From positions 6,696,001 through 6,760,000 of the forward strand of contig OZ231126.1 in NCBI GenBank assembly GCA_965153355.1: DNA of 64,000 nucleotides. Direction: 5' to 3'. This document shows, one piece after another, positions 51,479 to 64,000 of the stretch; position 1 is the first letter of the stretch, and each line of letters begins with the position of its first letter. Under the pieces are notes generated by a model, which worked only from the letters and a program-made list of their open reading frames with translations, searched no databases and was not told the origin of the DNA. A program made the translations under genes and the position numbers. This stretch comes from Flaccisagitta enflata (lineage: Eukaryota).

Positions 51479-52751
51479 CGGATGGAGGGAAAGACGGATG
51501 GACGGACCAACAGACGGACTGATAGACGGACAGAGCAATGGACGGACAAAGCCTCTTATAGAGATACAAAGGCGCTTCTAAAAATAGACAAAGCAATCTT
51601 GGTGTTTTACTATGTTTAAGGCTGGTTAATTGAGCTATAATGGGCTAATTAGTGTCATTCTTGCCATATAATATGCTCAGCATTGGCTTGTAAGGGTACA
51701 GCAAAACTCTATAAGTAATTCTGTACACCGTTTTACCATAGTTGAGGCTCGATTAGGGTGTATGAGGAAGTAAACACAAGCTTAGCAAGAATACCCATAG
51801 AAGAATGTGGTAATTACTTGAAATGGGCAAATTATAAGTTTTGGGGTGTTTTTTGCTCCAAGGAACCTGAATAAGCTGATAGAGGAGCAACTTACCCAGT
51901 GTGCTAAACCACAAAAGATATAAAACACAAACAACGGTGACAAAAACATGCTTTAATAATGAAAAAATGAGATTTTTCACATATTTGCATTTTTTTTGTC
52001 TTTATCTATCTTTAAACGGACATAACTTTTAAACGGCTGGGCCGATTTAGTCGCGCAAAAAAAGGATAGACGCACCTTGAAAAACTCTACATTTTGGTCA
52101 CCAATTTTTCCTAAATCCGTCAAAAAACGACTGAGTTATGATCGTTTGAATGGAAAAGATCACCTGACAAAAAACTTTATGTGGACTAGGGCTGAATTTG
52201 ATGATGTTTGCGCCCCTTGGAGGTCAGCCAATGGGCCAAATTTGTGTTAAATTATCTTACCAAGCATAAATGTAGACATTAGAATAACAAACTCAACTTT
52301 TTGACGATTTTTGATTTTTCACTCCCCCTCACTAACATTGGTGAACAGACAAGAGAGAGACATTTCTATTGACATTGGTTAACAGACAAAAGAGAGACAT
52401 TTCTTACAGTGATTGGGCGTCTTTTCCGGAGGGAATCCATTCAAAGCAATGGGAACCATTCTTGGATCAAAAGGGCAAAAAGGTGGTGCACTCTTCTATC
52501 CGTATTCTTCTTCTTCTTCTTTTTTTTTCAAAAGGGATACTGTCTCCTTTTATCTCCTCTCTCTGTTTCTGTCATCGTCTCTGACTCTAACTCAGCACGT
52601 CTGTCCATGTCTGCTCCTGTGTGTCTGTCTTTCTCTGTCTGTCTGCCTAGCTCTCTGTCCATCTGCCTTTCTGTCTGTCCGTCTTCCAGACTCAGTCTCT
52701 CTGTCTGTTTATCAATCAGTCTGTCTGTCGATTTATCAGCCTGTCTGAATT

Positions 52752-52842
<91 letters not shown>

Positions 52843-52904
52843 GAATTTCTTCATTTCTTTCCTCTCCAAAAGTATTAAAGCTCTCTCTCTCTCTTTTCCT
52901 TTTC

Positions 52905-53092
52905 TTTTTTGGTTGCGGACACGTACACGCAACTGAATCGGAGGCTATGTCCATCTGTCGGTCTTTCCTAGGTCCATCTGTCAGTCCGTGATGATCGAGT
53001 TGAAAAGTGTGAAAATGCATATTTTCGCCATTGCTTCTTTCCCCCTCCCCCTTCCCGTCCGCAACGATGTTGTAATCCCAAGTTACTTGATT
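52905..53092 (+). mobile_element. HINE family D (degenerate)
   Basis: TTTTGGTTGCGGACACGTACACGCAACT ... CCGTCCGCAACG. Confidence 0.65.
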
Positions 53093-53140
53093 TTCTCTAC
53101 TCTCTTCTTTTCTTTTCTTTTCCTCCCTTCCTTCTGCTTC

Positions 53141-53285
53141 TTTTAAGATGCGTCATTGCATCAATATAAGAGGGTCTCTCTGTTCAACCGTCCATCTTTC
53201 AGTATGTCTATATTTCCATCTGTCTCTCCATCGTGCATGTTTGAAATCATGCAGATGACGCATCGAGTTGGCCAGACGGGCTTGT
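53141..53285 (+). mobile_element. HINE family C (degenerate)
   Basis: TTTTAAGATGCGTCATTGCATC ... GACGCATCGAGTTGGCCAGACGGGCTTGT. Confidence 0.65.
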
Positions 53286-53479
53286 AAAAAATCTCTTTCT
53301 TTCTATCTTTTAAGTACCGTGCACGCAACTCTACACATTGCTATGTCGGTCAGTTCATCTGTCCATCCCTCTTTTGGCCTGACCCTCTGTCGGTCTGTCC
53401 CTAACATGTTTATGAGTTCTTTAGGTTAAATAATTTGTTTTCAATGAAAGGATGGAAGAATGGAAGGACCGAAGGAAAA

Positions 53480-53913
53480 ATTGAAGGAAAGAAGGGAGGG
53501 AGGAAGGAAAGAAGGAAAGAAGGAAGGAAAGAAGGGAGGAAGGAAGGGAGGTAGAAAGGGAGGAATGAAGAAAGGAAGGAAGGAAGGAAGGAAGGAAGGA
53601 AGGAAGGAAGGAAGGAAGGAAGGAAGGAAGGAAGGAAGGAAGGGGTATGTATGAAGTTGTGTGTATAATTGTAAAACGGAGCACGCGACTGTTGGCCTGT
53701 TGGGCTTTTTTTTTCTATGTCTCTGTCTCGTTTCTTTCCTCCCACCCGAGCCAAGTCTTTGGCGGTGAAGAAGAAGATAAGAATCCATTCTTTCTTTAAT
53801 TCTGCGAGAGTTGTTTGGCGAAGTTCGCGCTAATAACTCAAGAGGTCACTCGGATGCGATAAGACGGAGAAGAGACGGCGTGGAGACGGGTAAAAACAAA
53901 AGGGAAATTTGGA

Positions 53914-54012
<99 letters not shown>

Positions 54013-54310
54013 CTAGAGCGAGAGCGAGAGCGAGAGAGAGAGAGAGAAAGAAAGAAAGAAAGAAAGAGTGATTCAGACGTAGAAACAGTGATAAAGGCAG
54101 ACAAAATGACAGGTAGACAAATAGAAAAATAGACATGAAGACATAAAGACATAAAGACATAAAGACATAAAGACATAAAGACATAAAGACATAAAGTCAT
54201 AAAGACATAAATACATAAAGACACAAAGACATAAAGACATAAAGACATAAAGACACAAAGGCATAAAACAAAAAGACATAAAGACATAAAGACATGAAAA
54301 CATAAAGACC
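53480..54310. repeat. (GGAA)n, (AG)n and 8-bp (GACATAAA)n repeats
   Basis: Direct reading. Confidence 0.92.
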
Positions 54311-54577
54311 GATCATGTAGAGACGTGCAAGTGTACGGACATTAAGACTAATGAGTCACTAGAGATGTAAAGACGAAAAGACATTAAGACAGTAGGACAA
54401 AACCGGACAATCAGGAAGAGACCGAGGCAGAAAATCTACGACAGCATTGAGATAAGAGAGAAGGCGCGAAGATAAGAGAAATCGGCACAGGATGGTTGGA
54501 GGCAGGTGAAGAGAGTTAAAGAGAAGGTTGGTTGGAGGCAGGTAAAGAGAGTGGATAGACTAGTTAAAGAGAAAAAC

Positions 54578-54792
54578 AACAAGGCCAAATACATCACGAC
54601 CCTAGTCGCGTGCCGGGGGTTAGTTCTAGTGTTACAGACTGACGGATGAACGGACGGATGGAAGGAGAGACAAATGGATGGATGAACACATGGGTGGATG
54701 AATGGGTAGATGGATAGATGGATGGATGGACAAACAGACAGACTGATCGACCTACAGAGCTGTTTACGGAGTCGTGGTTTCGCGACTAAAAA
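54578..54792 (-). mobile_element. HINE family A (degenerate)
   Basis: AACAAGGCCAAATACATC ... GAGTCGTGGTTTCGCGACTAAAAAA. Confidence 0.7.
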
Positions 54793-54832
54793 AGCCCAAA
54801 AAAGACAAAAACGGTTTTGGCACAGGCTGGTC

Positions 54833-54881
<49 letters not shown>

Positions 54882-56593
54882 GGAAGTGAGAAGAGTAAAT
54901 GAGTAGAAAACAGGCTGAGTATCGATAAAGAAAAAGAAAGAAAAAAAATTGTTGCATAATTATGCATATATGAATTTACATAATAATCGGATGTAGTCTA
55001 ACAATTAATCATTCAATAACAATTTTGAAATGATCTATGTTTGTCGACCATGATCCCGACACCTTAGATTCTTCACCCTAAGGCCTATAAGTCATTATCC
55101 TATGGAATTTGAAACAACATTGCCCTTATAATGCACCTTTGACCCTGATTATCCTTAAAATAGGCTAGTTGGACGAAAGAAGAGAAAATGGTCAAAAACG
55201 ACATATGTCGTATGGATTGGCTTGTAATAACATCAACATTATCAAAAAACACAAATTTTGTTCTTATAGACCGTTTTCAGATCAGCAAAATCACTTAAAC
55301 CAGCCAAAATCTACTAGGCCTTTCCTGGCACTTTTTTCTTGTTAATCAAACATTTAATATAGGGTGTAAAAATAGATCATTCTGCCAAAATTTGACAATG
55401 GAACCTTCCATATTCCTTTTTTCAACAATTTTACTTCAAATAGCGCCAGTCAAAATGCTCTAGAGCTGCTATTTCCTCCATTACACTGGTGTATATCCAT
55501 GCCTATGGCAAATTGTACATCGGATGAGGCTTTCAAAGATCAAAACAAGACTTGATACACCACCAATAACTAGTTGCTTTCCAGTGGGCAGGAGCAATAA
55601 CACAATTGAGCAGGGGCAGTTTTGAAACAAGTAGAAGCACTTATGTGGGTGGGCGAGGGCTGAAATGAGGCTTGGCAGGGGCAGTTGTACTAAGTAATCC
55701 ACATTTTGGCCCAATTTTGCATTATGCATATAAGTTAATGTTACCTGCCTATGGACCTACAAAAAAACGTCAGTGAAAGCACAGACTTGATTTATCAAGC
55801 ATTTGGGCAGGGGCAGTCATGCAGAAACTCCACTTTAAACAGTTTTACAAAGGGGTATTTAGAGTTGAGAGCAGGTAACTAGTAATTTGCAAGTGGGCAG
55901 AGCTGTAATGGGAATGGGAAGGGAAGGGGCAGTGATGTGGGTTGATGGGGATTTAACTGAATGTGGGCAATGGTCATAATACTCTGAGATAACTATCTTT
56001 CCCAATTTTGACTCCTCTAAAAATTGGAGTTACCTTTCTTTTGACATATCTTTCTATAGGACCTTCCAAAGGGACCTTCCTATGGGTCGACAGGCGTAAT
56101 CTTTTATATTTTCTTAGCAATTGACTAAAAGTGGCGTTTTTTGACCGTTTTTGTTTGCATCATTGCATCTTTAGAAGAGGTTCTCTGAGCTCTATCCATA
56201 GGTTGGTGTGTAGATCCATTGGCATTGAGCCTCATCAGATTTTTGCATTTTTAGTTGCAAACTTGCAACAGTAAAAGGCTTTGTCAGTTTGTATGTTTAT
56301 CTGTCCATTCGCCCATTCTTCTGTCTTTCCATCTGTCAAACGGTCAGTATGTATATCAGTCAAACCGTTGGTATGTCTGTCAGTCCATGATGCTCAATTC
56401 AAAAGTGTGAATATGGGCATTTAAGATGCTGCATCTGCAATGTGTGTGTGTGTGCGTGTGTGTGTGTTTGTGTGTGTTGTCGAGAATGAGGACTGGCCAT
56501 ATCCTAACACTGAGGAATTTGTTATCTATTCTTATATCAATAACCCCTTCCTCCTCCTCCTTATTCTCCTTCTTTCTGGTTTGAATTTCTCAG

Positions 56594-56614
56594 ATGTCAG
56601 TTGTTCAGAGCACC
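56594..56614 (+). CDS. Candidate 21-nt micro-exon (xVSCSEH, phase 1-1) of the CUB-like gene
   Basis: Long polypyrimidine tract with TTTCTCAG acceptor and CC|GTAAGC donor; phase-compatible with the exon at 60584. Confidence 0.5.
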
Positions 56615-56785
56615 GTAAGCATATGGTTACTCAGAGCCTCTCCTGGATATTTCTGTCTGTCTATCCCTGCGTTAGGTGAAGAGACAGGACAGAATATGAT
56701 GGAGGATAGAAGCTAAGAAGCTTTCTCTTAGTATTGTCGTCATTCCGCCTATTAGAGCTAAGAGCCAGTCGCCTCTTGTCCTCAA

Positions 56786-56895
<110 letters not shown>

Positions 56896-57779
56896 AAAAA
56901 TGATGATGATAAGTGAGACCGCAAAAAGCTTGCCCAGTATGACTTCTCACCTAACTTTGATTCTATTTTATCCAAGAGACCATTATACTGTTTTAGGTCT
57001 AGCTTTTTTCAGCGTCATTTCAAAAAATTTCTGGAACCAGATTTGGATTCCCCAGGCAATACTTAACAAGGCCAACCCAAGTCGCTCGCGTTACAAAGCA
57101 ATTTTTTAGCTCACATGAAGGTTTTCTTACCACTTCTCCTATTTCGCTGTTATTCATGCGATTTCCCCAACAAAAAATCTTAGTATCACTTATTTTGACG
57201 AAACATTAAGTCGATTTTGACCTAAAATAAGTGTTATTGATGAAATTTTGGCAATATATGAGCTGTGTATTGGGGTTGGCTGATTCTGACACTTTTTTTT
57301 CACGCTGAAATCTTCGTGATTTCTCGCTGACTACTTGCCTACTTAAAACGCACCTTCGACCCTGATTATCCCAAATGGTCTACAAATTGTCATATAATTT
57401 GAGGTTCCCCATATGGAACTGCCGGTATTTGAGTGTGGTCTTGGAATTGCTGGTGTGTGTTTGTGTGGAATCTGATGGGACATGGTTGTCCGACAGAGGG
57501 AGAGTGGGTCGGTGGATCTGTTTTCAAAAGGTCAATGAATGGTGGATAGCTGGGCCCTTGGGTTGGATTAATTGGATAGTAGGGCGGTGGATGGGTAGGC
57601 CATGGGTCGTTAGATGGTTTGGTCCATTGATTGGTAGGTGGGTCAATTGATGTTTTTTTTGGATGGATTGGTAGGCTAAACGTTGGATGGAAGTCAATAG
57701 AACTTTTGTTTTTTTTCTTCGTCTTTTGGTAGGTGGTTCTTTAAGTCTGCTGTCTGAGGTCTTTAGGATTGGTTGGATG

Positions 57780-58637
57780 GTTCTTAGGGTCGACAATCTT
57801 TTGGTCTTTGCATTTGGGTGGATGGTTCTCTAGGTCGGCAGTCTTTTGGTTTTCGGTCATTGGGTTGATGGTTCTTTAGGTAGGCAGTCCTTTGGTCTTT
57901 GAGTAGATGGTTCTTTAGGGTGGCAGTCTTTTAGTCTTTGAGTAGATTGTTCTTTAGGTCGGCAGTCCTTTGGTCTTTGGGTTGATGGTTCTTTAGGTCG
58001 GCAGTCTTCTAGTTTTGGTTCTTTGGGTTGATGGTTCTTAGGTCAGCAGTCTTTGAGTAGATGGTTCTTTAGGTTGGCAGTATTTCAGTTTTGGTTCTTT
58101 GGATTGATGGTTCTTTAGGTCGGCAGTCTTTTGGTCTTTGAAAAGAGAGTTCTTTAGGTCGGCAGTATTTTGGTTTTGGTTCTGTGGGTTGATGGCTTTT
58201 TAAGGTTGACAGTCTTTTGGTCTTTGAGTAGATGGTTCTTTAGGTCACCAGTCTCTTGGTCTTTAAGTAGATGGTTCTCTTTGATCTTTGAGTAGAGGGT
58301 TCTCTAGGTTGGCAGTAATTTGGTTTTGGTTCTTTGGGTTGATGGTTGTTGAGGTTGGCAGTCTTTTGGTCTTTGAGTAGAGGGTTCTTTAGGTCGGCAG
58401 TATTTTGGTTTTGGTTCTTTGAGTAGATGGTTCCTTAGGTCGGCAGTCTTTTGGTCTTTGAGTAGAGGGTTCTTTAGGTCGGCAGTATTTTGGTCTTTGA
58501 GTAGATGGTTCTTTAGGTTGGCAGTCTTTTGGTTCTTGGTCTTTGGGTTGATGGTTCTTTAGGTTGGCAGTCTTTTGGTTTTTGGTCTTTGAGTAGATGG
58601 TTCTTTAGGTCGGCAGTCTTTAGGTTTTGGTTCTTTG
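57780..58637. repeat. ~39/47-bp degenerate minisatellite
   Basis: Recurrent TTTGAGTAGATGGTTCTTTAGGTCGGCAGTCTTTTGGTC. Confidence 0.88.
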
Positions 58638-58759
58638 GCGTCATAAATTCTTGATTCGATTACGGGAAAAACGCGCAGAAAATTTCCCGCCTTGACTTCT
58701 TATATTTCTAAATTGCATTTGGCTTTGCCCTCTTGTCTCCTTCCTTATCTGCCTATGCG

Positions 58760-59172
<413 letters not shown>

Positions 59173-59736
59173 ATCTGATTATTCCATTTTGTCCAGATTA
59201 TCCTTTTGGTATTCTGTCTCGTTTTTGTGGAGTCCCTTTTATTTTTTCTTTCAATTGTCTTTTGTCACATTTTGTTAATTCTTTCGCCATCTTTTTTAAT
59301 ATCTCTTTAGTCTTTTGTTCTATCTCCCAACTTCCCTGTCTTCGTTTTGATATCTTTTCTCTAGGCTTTTGCTTCATGCTTCAAGGGGGTTTCTTCCATA
59401 CATTTCAGGTGTAGAGTGAATTTAGATGTAGCAAGGGATATTTTCATGCCTGTATATGATTGGGGGGAAAGGAAGACGAAAATAGAGAGAAATGAATATT
59501 CTGGTAAAAAAATAACTTTTGACAGTACCAAATCATAAAACATGATTAGTTTAACACAGTCTGACATAACACCATTTAAACCTTAAATACAATGTTTAAA
59601 ACTGCTTCATGGGTAAAAAAATCATAGATCATCCTCATAGATCACCCTCACAAACCCTCCCCTAATCCACCCTCTTTATCATACACCCTACACCCTCATA
59701 AACCCTCCACCTCATAAACCCTCCGTACTCATACAC

Positions 59737-60190
59737 TACGCTGAGGAGAATACACTTTTTTTCATGCAGGGAACAAGAGGAGGGCCCAGATTTTTCCATT
59801 TTTATGTAACTAATGTATTCTAAAAATTTCAGGACCATAGATGTTTTTGAACATTCATCATATTGCACTTGAAAAATGACTCATCCTTAAGGGGGCCAAA
59901 ATTTCAAAATCATTTTTCTTCAAAATGGATGCCAGATTCAGATTCCTTGTAAAAAATCATGTCAGATACTGTATTCACTTTTTTCAAAATCTTTTTTTTA
60001 AGCTGAAAAAAAATGCAAAAAATCTCAAAAAAGACCTTGTTTTTTCAAAAAACCCTATTTTTTTAGGTTTTTGCATTTTTTCAGCTTAAAAACAAAATTT
60101 TGAAAAAAGAAAATAAAGTATCTGACATAATTTTTTACAAGGAATCTGCATCTGGCATCGGATTTGAGGAAAAATGATTTTGAAATTTTG
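59737..60190. mobile_element. Second, right-truncated copy of the 42800 palindromic MITE
   Basis: Starts TACGCTGAGGAGAATACAC and is colinear with 42800 onward; abuts a HINE-E 3' end at ~60195-60217. Confidence 0.88.
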
Positions 60191-60455
60191 TTTTCGTTGG
60201 CCTACTTGGCCTTGTTTATTTTATTTTCAAAACGGGATTGAAAACTCGTCAATTTGGCGCCAAAAAACGGATTTTAGCTTTACCCAATCAACAGATATAC
60301 TTAAAACACCATCAACATTGAGTAAATAGGAAAAAGTTAATCGTCCAAGTTACTCCAATTTTGGCATCAATTCCAAATCTTGAAAAAAGAGTATCTACAG
60401 TTATTACTTGCATGCCTTTTGGGCTACATCATCCATATTTGACATAAAGTAAATG

Positions 60456-60528
<73 letters not shown>

Positions 60529-60583
60529 GTCTATTTAAATCTTATCAATTCTTTTTTCTTTCTTTTCTTTTGTCTTTCATCAG

Positions 60584-60705
60584 TTTTCATGGACGGGGCG
60601 AATTGCGGTGACGGACAATGGATAGATGGCGCGGTAGTCTATTCACACGCCGCAGCCACAGAGAAACACTACAAGAACAACATCAACTGCCGCATCACCT
60701 TCAGG
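60584..60705 (+). CDS. Coding exon, N-terminal part of a CUB-like extracellular domain
   Basis: Polypyrimidine tract with CAG acceptor and AGG|GTAAGT donor. The GC-richer open frame xFMDGANCGDGQWIDGAVVYSHAAATEKHYKNNINCRITFR carries the CUB-type C...Y-x-N-N-x-x-C-x-I pattern. Confidence 0.85.
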
Positions 60706-60783
60706 GTAAGTTTCACCTGATAGTTACAGAGAGAGAGAGAGAGAGAGAAAGAAAGAAAAAAAATGAAAGAAAGAAAGAAAGAC

Positions 60784-60854
<71 letters not shown>

Positions 60855-60944
60855 ACGCAATGAAAAGAAGAGAAAGAAAGAGAATCCGGTTAAATGGATT
60901 AGCTGTTGGACGGAAGGAAAAATTGTTGGCGATTTGATGGCAGA

Positions 60945-61310
60945 ATTCCAAGTTTGTACAAGTGCCAAACAAAGCGTTCAGCTGCGTTGGGATGCTACCA
61001 GTCAACGTCCATTCATCCAACTACTTATCCATCCCTTACTTCAATCATCTCTCCGTTTGTTCACTCCTTTATTGATTAACCCCTTAAATCATTCATTTCC
61101 AAGTTTGTGCAGGTGCCAAACAAAGCATTTAGCTATGTCGGGATCCAGCCAGTCAAAGTCCATTCATCGCTCAACTTATTCATCCCTTACTACATTCATC
61201 TCGTAATTTGTTCACTCCTTTATTGATGAACCCCATATTTCATTCATTTCCAAGTTTGAACAAGCGTTCAGCTGCTTCGGAATGCTTCTAGTCAAAGTCC
61301 ATTTATCCTT
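60945..61310 (+). repeat. ~150-bp tandem duplication (~2.5 copies)
   Basis: TTCCAAGTTTG at ~60946, 61097 and 61248 with colinear sequence following. Confidence 0.8.
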
Positions 61311-61376
61311 CTTGTATGGTCTTTATGGTCACTATTTCTATCCCTCACTTTGTTCATCTCTCACTACGTCCATGCC

Positions 61377-61988
61377 TTTTGGGCAGCGGCCCCGGAGGGG
61401 CCGATGACCTATGATTCCACATAGGGCAATTTTCTCCGGTTTCCGGTTTCCATTTTCCGTCCGTCCCCCCCCTCCCCCAAGCCTCAACCAAAGCCTCTCA
61501 GACCCCAAATCAGGCCTTTTTGACTCCAAATCAGGCCTTTTTGACTCCAAATCAGACCTTTCTGACTCCAAATCAGACCTTTCTGACCCCAAATCAGGCT
61601 TCTCAGACCTCAAATCAGGCCTCCCAGACCCCAAATCAGGCCTCTCAGACCCCAAATCAGGCCTCCCAAACCCCAGATCAGGCTTCTCAGACCCCAAGTT
61701 AGGCTTTTCAGACCCCAAATTAGACCTCTCAGACCCAAATAAGGCCTTTCAGTCCCCAAATCAAGCCTCTCAGACCCCAAACCACGCCTCTCACACCCTA
61801 AATCAGACATCTCAGAGCCAAAATCAGGCCTCTCAGCCCTCTAAACCAGCTTCTCACACCGGAGAAAATTGTCCTATGTGGAATCATAGGTCATCAGCCC
61901 CTCTGCTGCTGCCCCTCTCATAATCTCATTCCCATGTACACTAAGGGGCATCGGGTACCGCTGACCATGTTACGCTTTCGCGACTATT
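61377..61988 (+). mobile_element. HINE family B with a 21-bp tandem array
   Basis: TTTT-GGGCAGCGGCCCCGGAGGGGCCG ... tail ACGCTTTCGCGACTATT. Confidence 0.88.
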
Positions 61989-62680
61989 ATAACTCTTTTC
62001 CTACTTCATTCATCTCATACTCATTTGGTCACCTCATTCATTCCTATCTCATTTATCCCTTCCTTCATAATTCAGCTATTTCAAGATGCAACCCTTATAG
62101 TCCATTGATCCCTCATTGTATCCACCACTTTCTTTATTTATCTCTCAGTTTATCATCCTCTTATTCATCCATCCTAACTTGGATTCATTTCTCACTTCAT
62201 TCCTCCCTCAGTTCATTCATTTCTCACTTCATTCCTCCCTCAGTTCACTCATTCCTCACTTCACTCATCCCTCAGTTCATTCATCCCTCCATTGACTTAT
62301 CGGTTAGCAGTGTCTTGCTGCATCCATCATCCTTCACCGTTCGTTCAAACCTCGGCAGTCACTCAACTCTTATTGATTGCCCCGATATTCCATTTGTGAA
62401 TGAATGATTGAAGGAATTCATTCTTGGCAACAATTGAATTACAACACTTTGAATATTGTAAATGTCGCGTCAAAGGAAAGTCTGTAAAATCCCGATACTT
62501 TTTTTCCAACAGAGTCCCCAATCGTGAGAATTTCCTCAGCTCTTCTCTCCTTTCTATCCTTTCTACCCTTTCTATCCTTTCTACCCTTTCTATCCTTTCT
62601 AACCTTTGTGCCATTTCTAATTCTATCCTTTATATCCTCTCCCATCATGCATCACGTTGACTCAACGAGAGCCATATTGT

Positions 62681-63114
62681 AACAGGTCGCCCAAGGGCAA
62701 TATGTGGTCAGCGATACCCGTTGCCCTGCTTTGCATGGTTATAAATTAGAATGAGAGGAAGCAGGGCAGCGGCCCCGAAGGGGACAAAGTCTTGTAAAAC
62801 ACAGGGGGACTTTTGTTTGTCTGTTCCTTTGTCCGTTTGTTCGTCCATTCGTCCGTCCGTCTGCGGGGGAAATTTAAGGCCTGGGAGGATAGGTTTCAGG
62901 CCTGAGAAGGCAGATTTCAGGCCTGAGAGGGCAGATTCAAGGCCTGAGAGGGCAGATTTCAATCCTGAGAGGGCAGATTTCAGGCCTGAGAGTGCAGATT
63001 TCAGGCCTGAGAGGGCCTGGGGGGACTAGCGCACAAACGGACGAACGAACGGACGAACAACAGTCCCCCTGTGTTCTACAGGACTTTGTCCCCTTCGGGG
63101 CCGCTTCCCAAAAA
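62681..63114 (-). mobile_element. HINE family B variant with a 21-bp tandem array
   Basis: Tail AACAGGTCGCCCAAGGGCA...GGTCAGCGATACCCG; subTIR pair GCGGCCCCGAAGGGGACAAAGTC / GACTTTGTCCCCTTCGGGGCCGC. Confidence 0.88.
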
Positions 63115-63394
63115 CGCTCCCTCAGGTTACCATTTTTAATTGGTTGATTAATGGAAAATTCCCGTTTCCTTCTTTGCTACGGAATGAAAAGAAAATAAAA
63201 CTTGATGTAAAGCAAATATCTTCATTAACCATTCAATCATTTTCTTCTTACTCCATTCCCCGGTTCTTTTAATCATCAGTTTTCTTTTCCAACTCTACAC
63301 ATTTCTCTCTTTCTCATTAAAGTTGTTTTTGAAGTTTTATGTCACTTTCGTTTGCCCTCTACGTGCACGTCCACCGAGCAGTGAGACAGTTTCA

Positions 63395-63853
<459 letters not shown>

Positions 63854-64000
63854 ATTTTTGGGTTATCCTTTTGTTTTCTTTTACGATCTCAACTTCGCGC
63901 TTTGTCAGTTCTCCACCAGAGCGTTTTAACATTTTCCGCTTCTGCTTGGTCCAACTTCACGTTCACCAAAAATTTCCTCATGCTCTTTTTTTTTTTCTCT

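Noticed and set aside
56530-56593. Signal-peptide-like translation NNPFLLLLILLLSG upstream of the micro-exon
   Set aside because: There is no nearby ATG or acceptor; more simply the polypyrimidine tract.
61411-61923. 170-aa heptad-repeat ORF (SDPKSGL)n
   Set aside because: It is the 21-bp internal array of a family B element.

Overview
Repeat-saturated eukaryotic DNA, most likely from a marine invertebrate and probably largely intronic. Nothing looks prokaryotic, and almost every ORF in the supplied track is a translation of a microsatellite or of transposon DNA. The only convincing host coding signal is a 122-nt + strand exon at 60584-60705 encoding the N-terminal part of a CUB-like domain, probably preceded by a 21-nt micro-exon at 56594-56614. 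The rest is a nested mosaic of five kinds of repeat. (1) A ~4.5-kb foldback element with ~0.85-1 kb modular inverted arms around a frameshifted remnant resembling Academ/DUF6589-type transposases (1-4555). (2) Roughly 30 copies or fragments of at least five families of non-autonomous Helentron/DINE-1-like elements (HINEs) with co-varying terminal hairpins. (3) An internally deleted Tc1 element and many MITEs with TA, 8-bp or 9-bp target-site duplications (TSDs). (4) TIR elements carrying homogeneous 71-, 81- and ~375-bp tandem arrays, including an exact six-unit 81-bp array inserted on its own with a TSD. (5) Abundant micro- and minisatellites. Superfamily and protein-family assignments rest on structure and recalled motifs; no database search was run.
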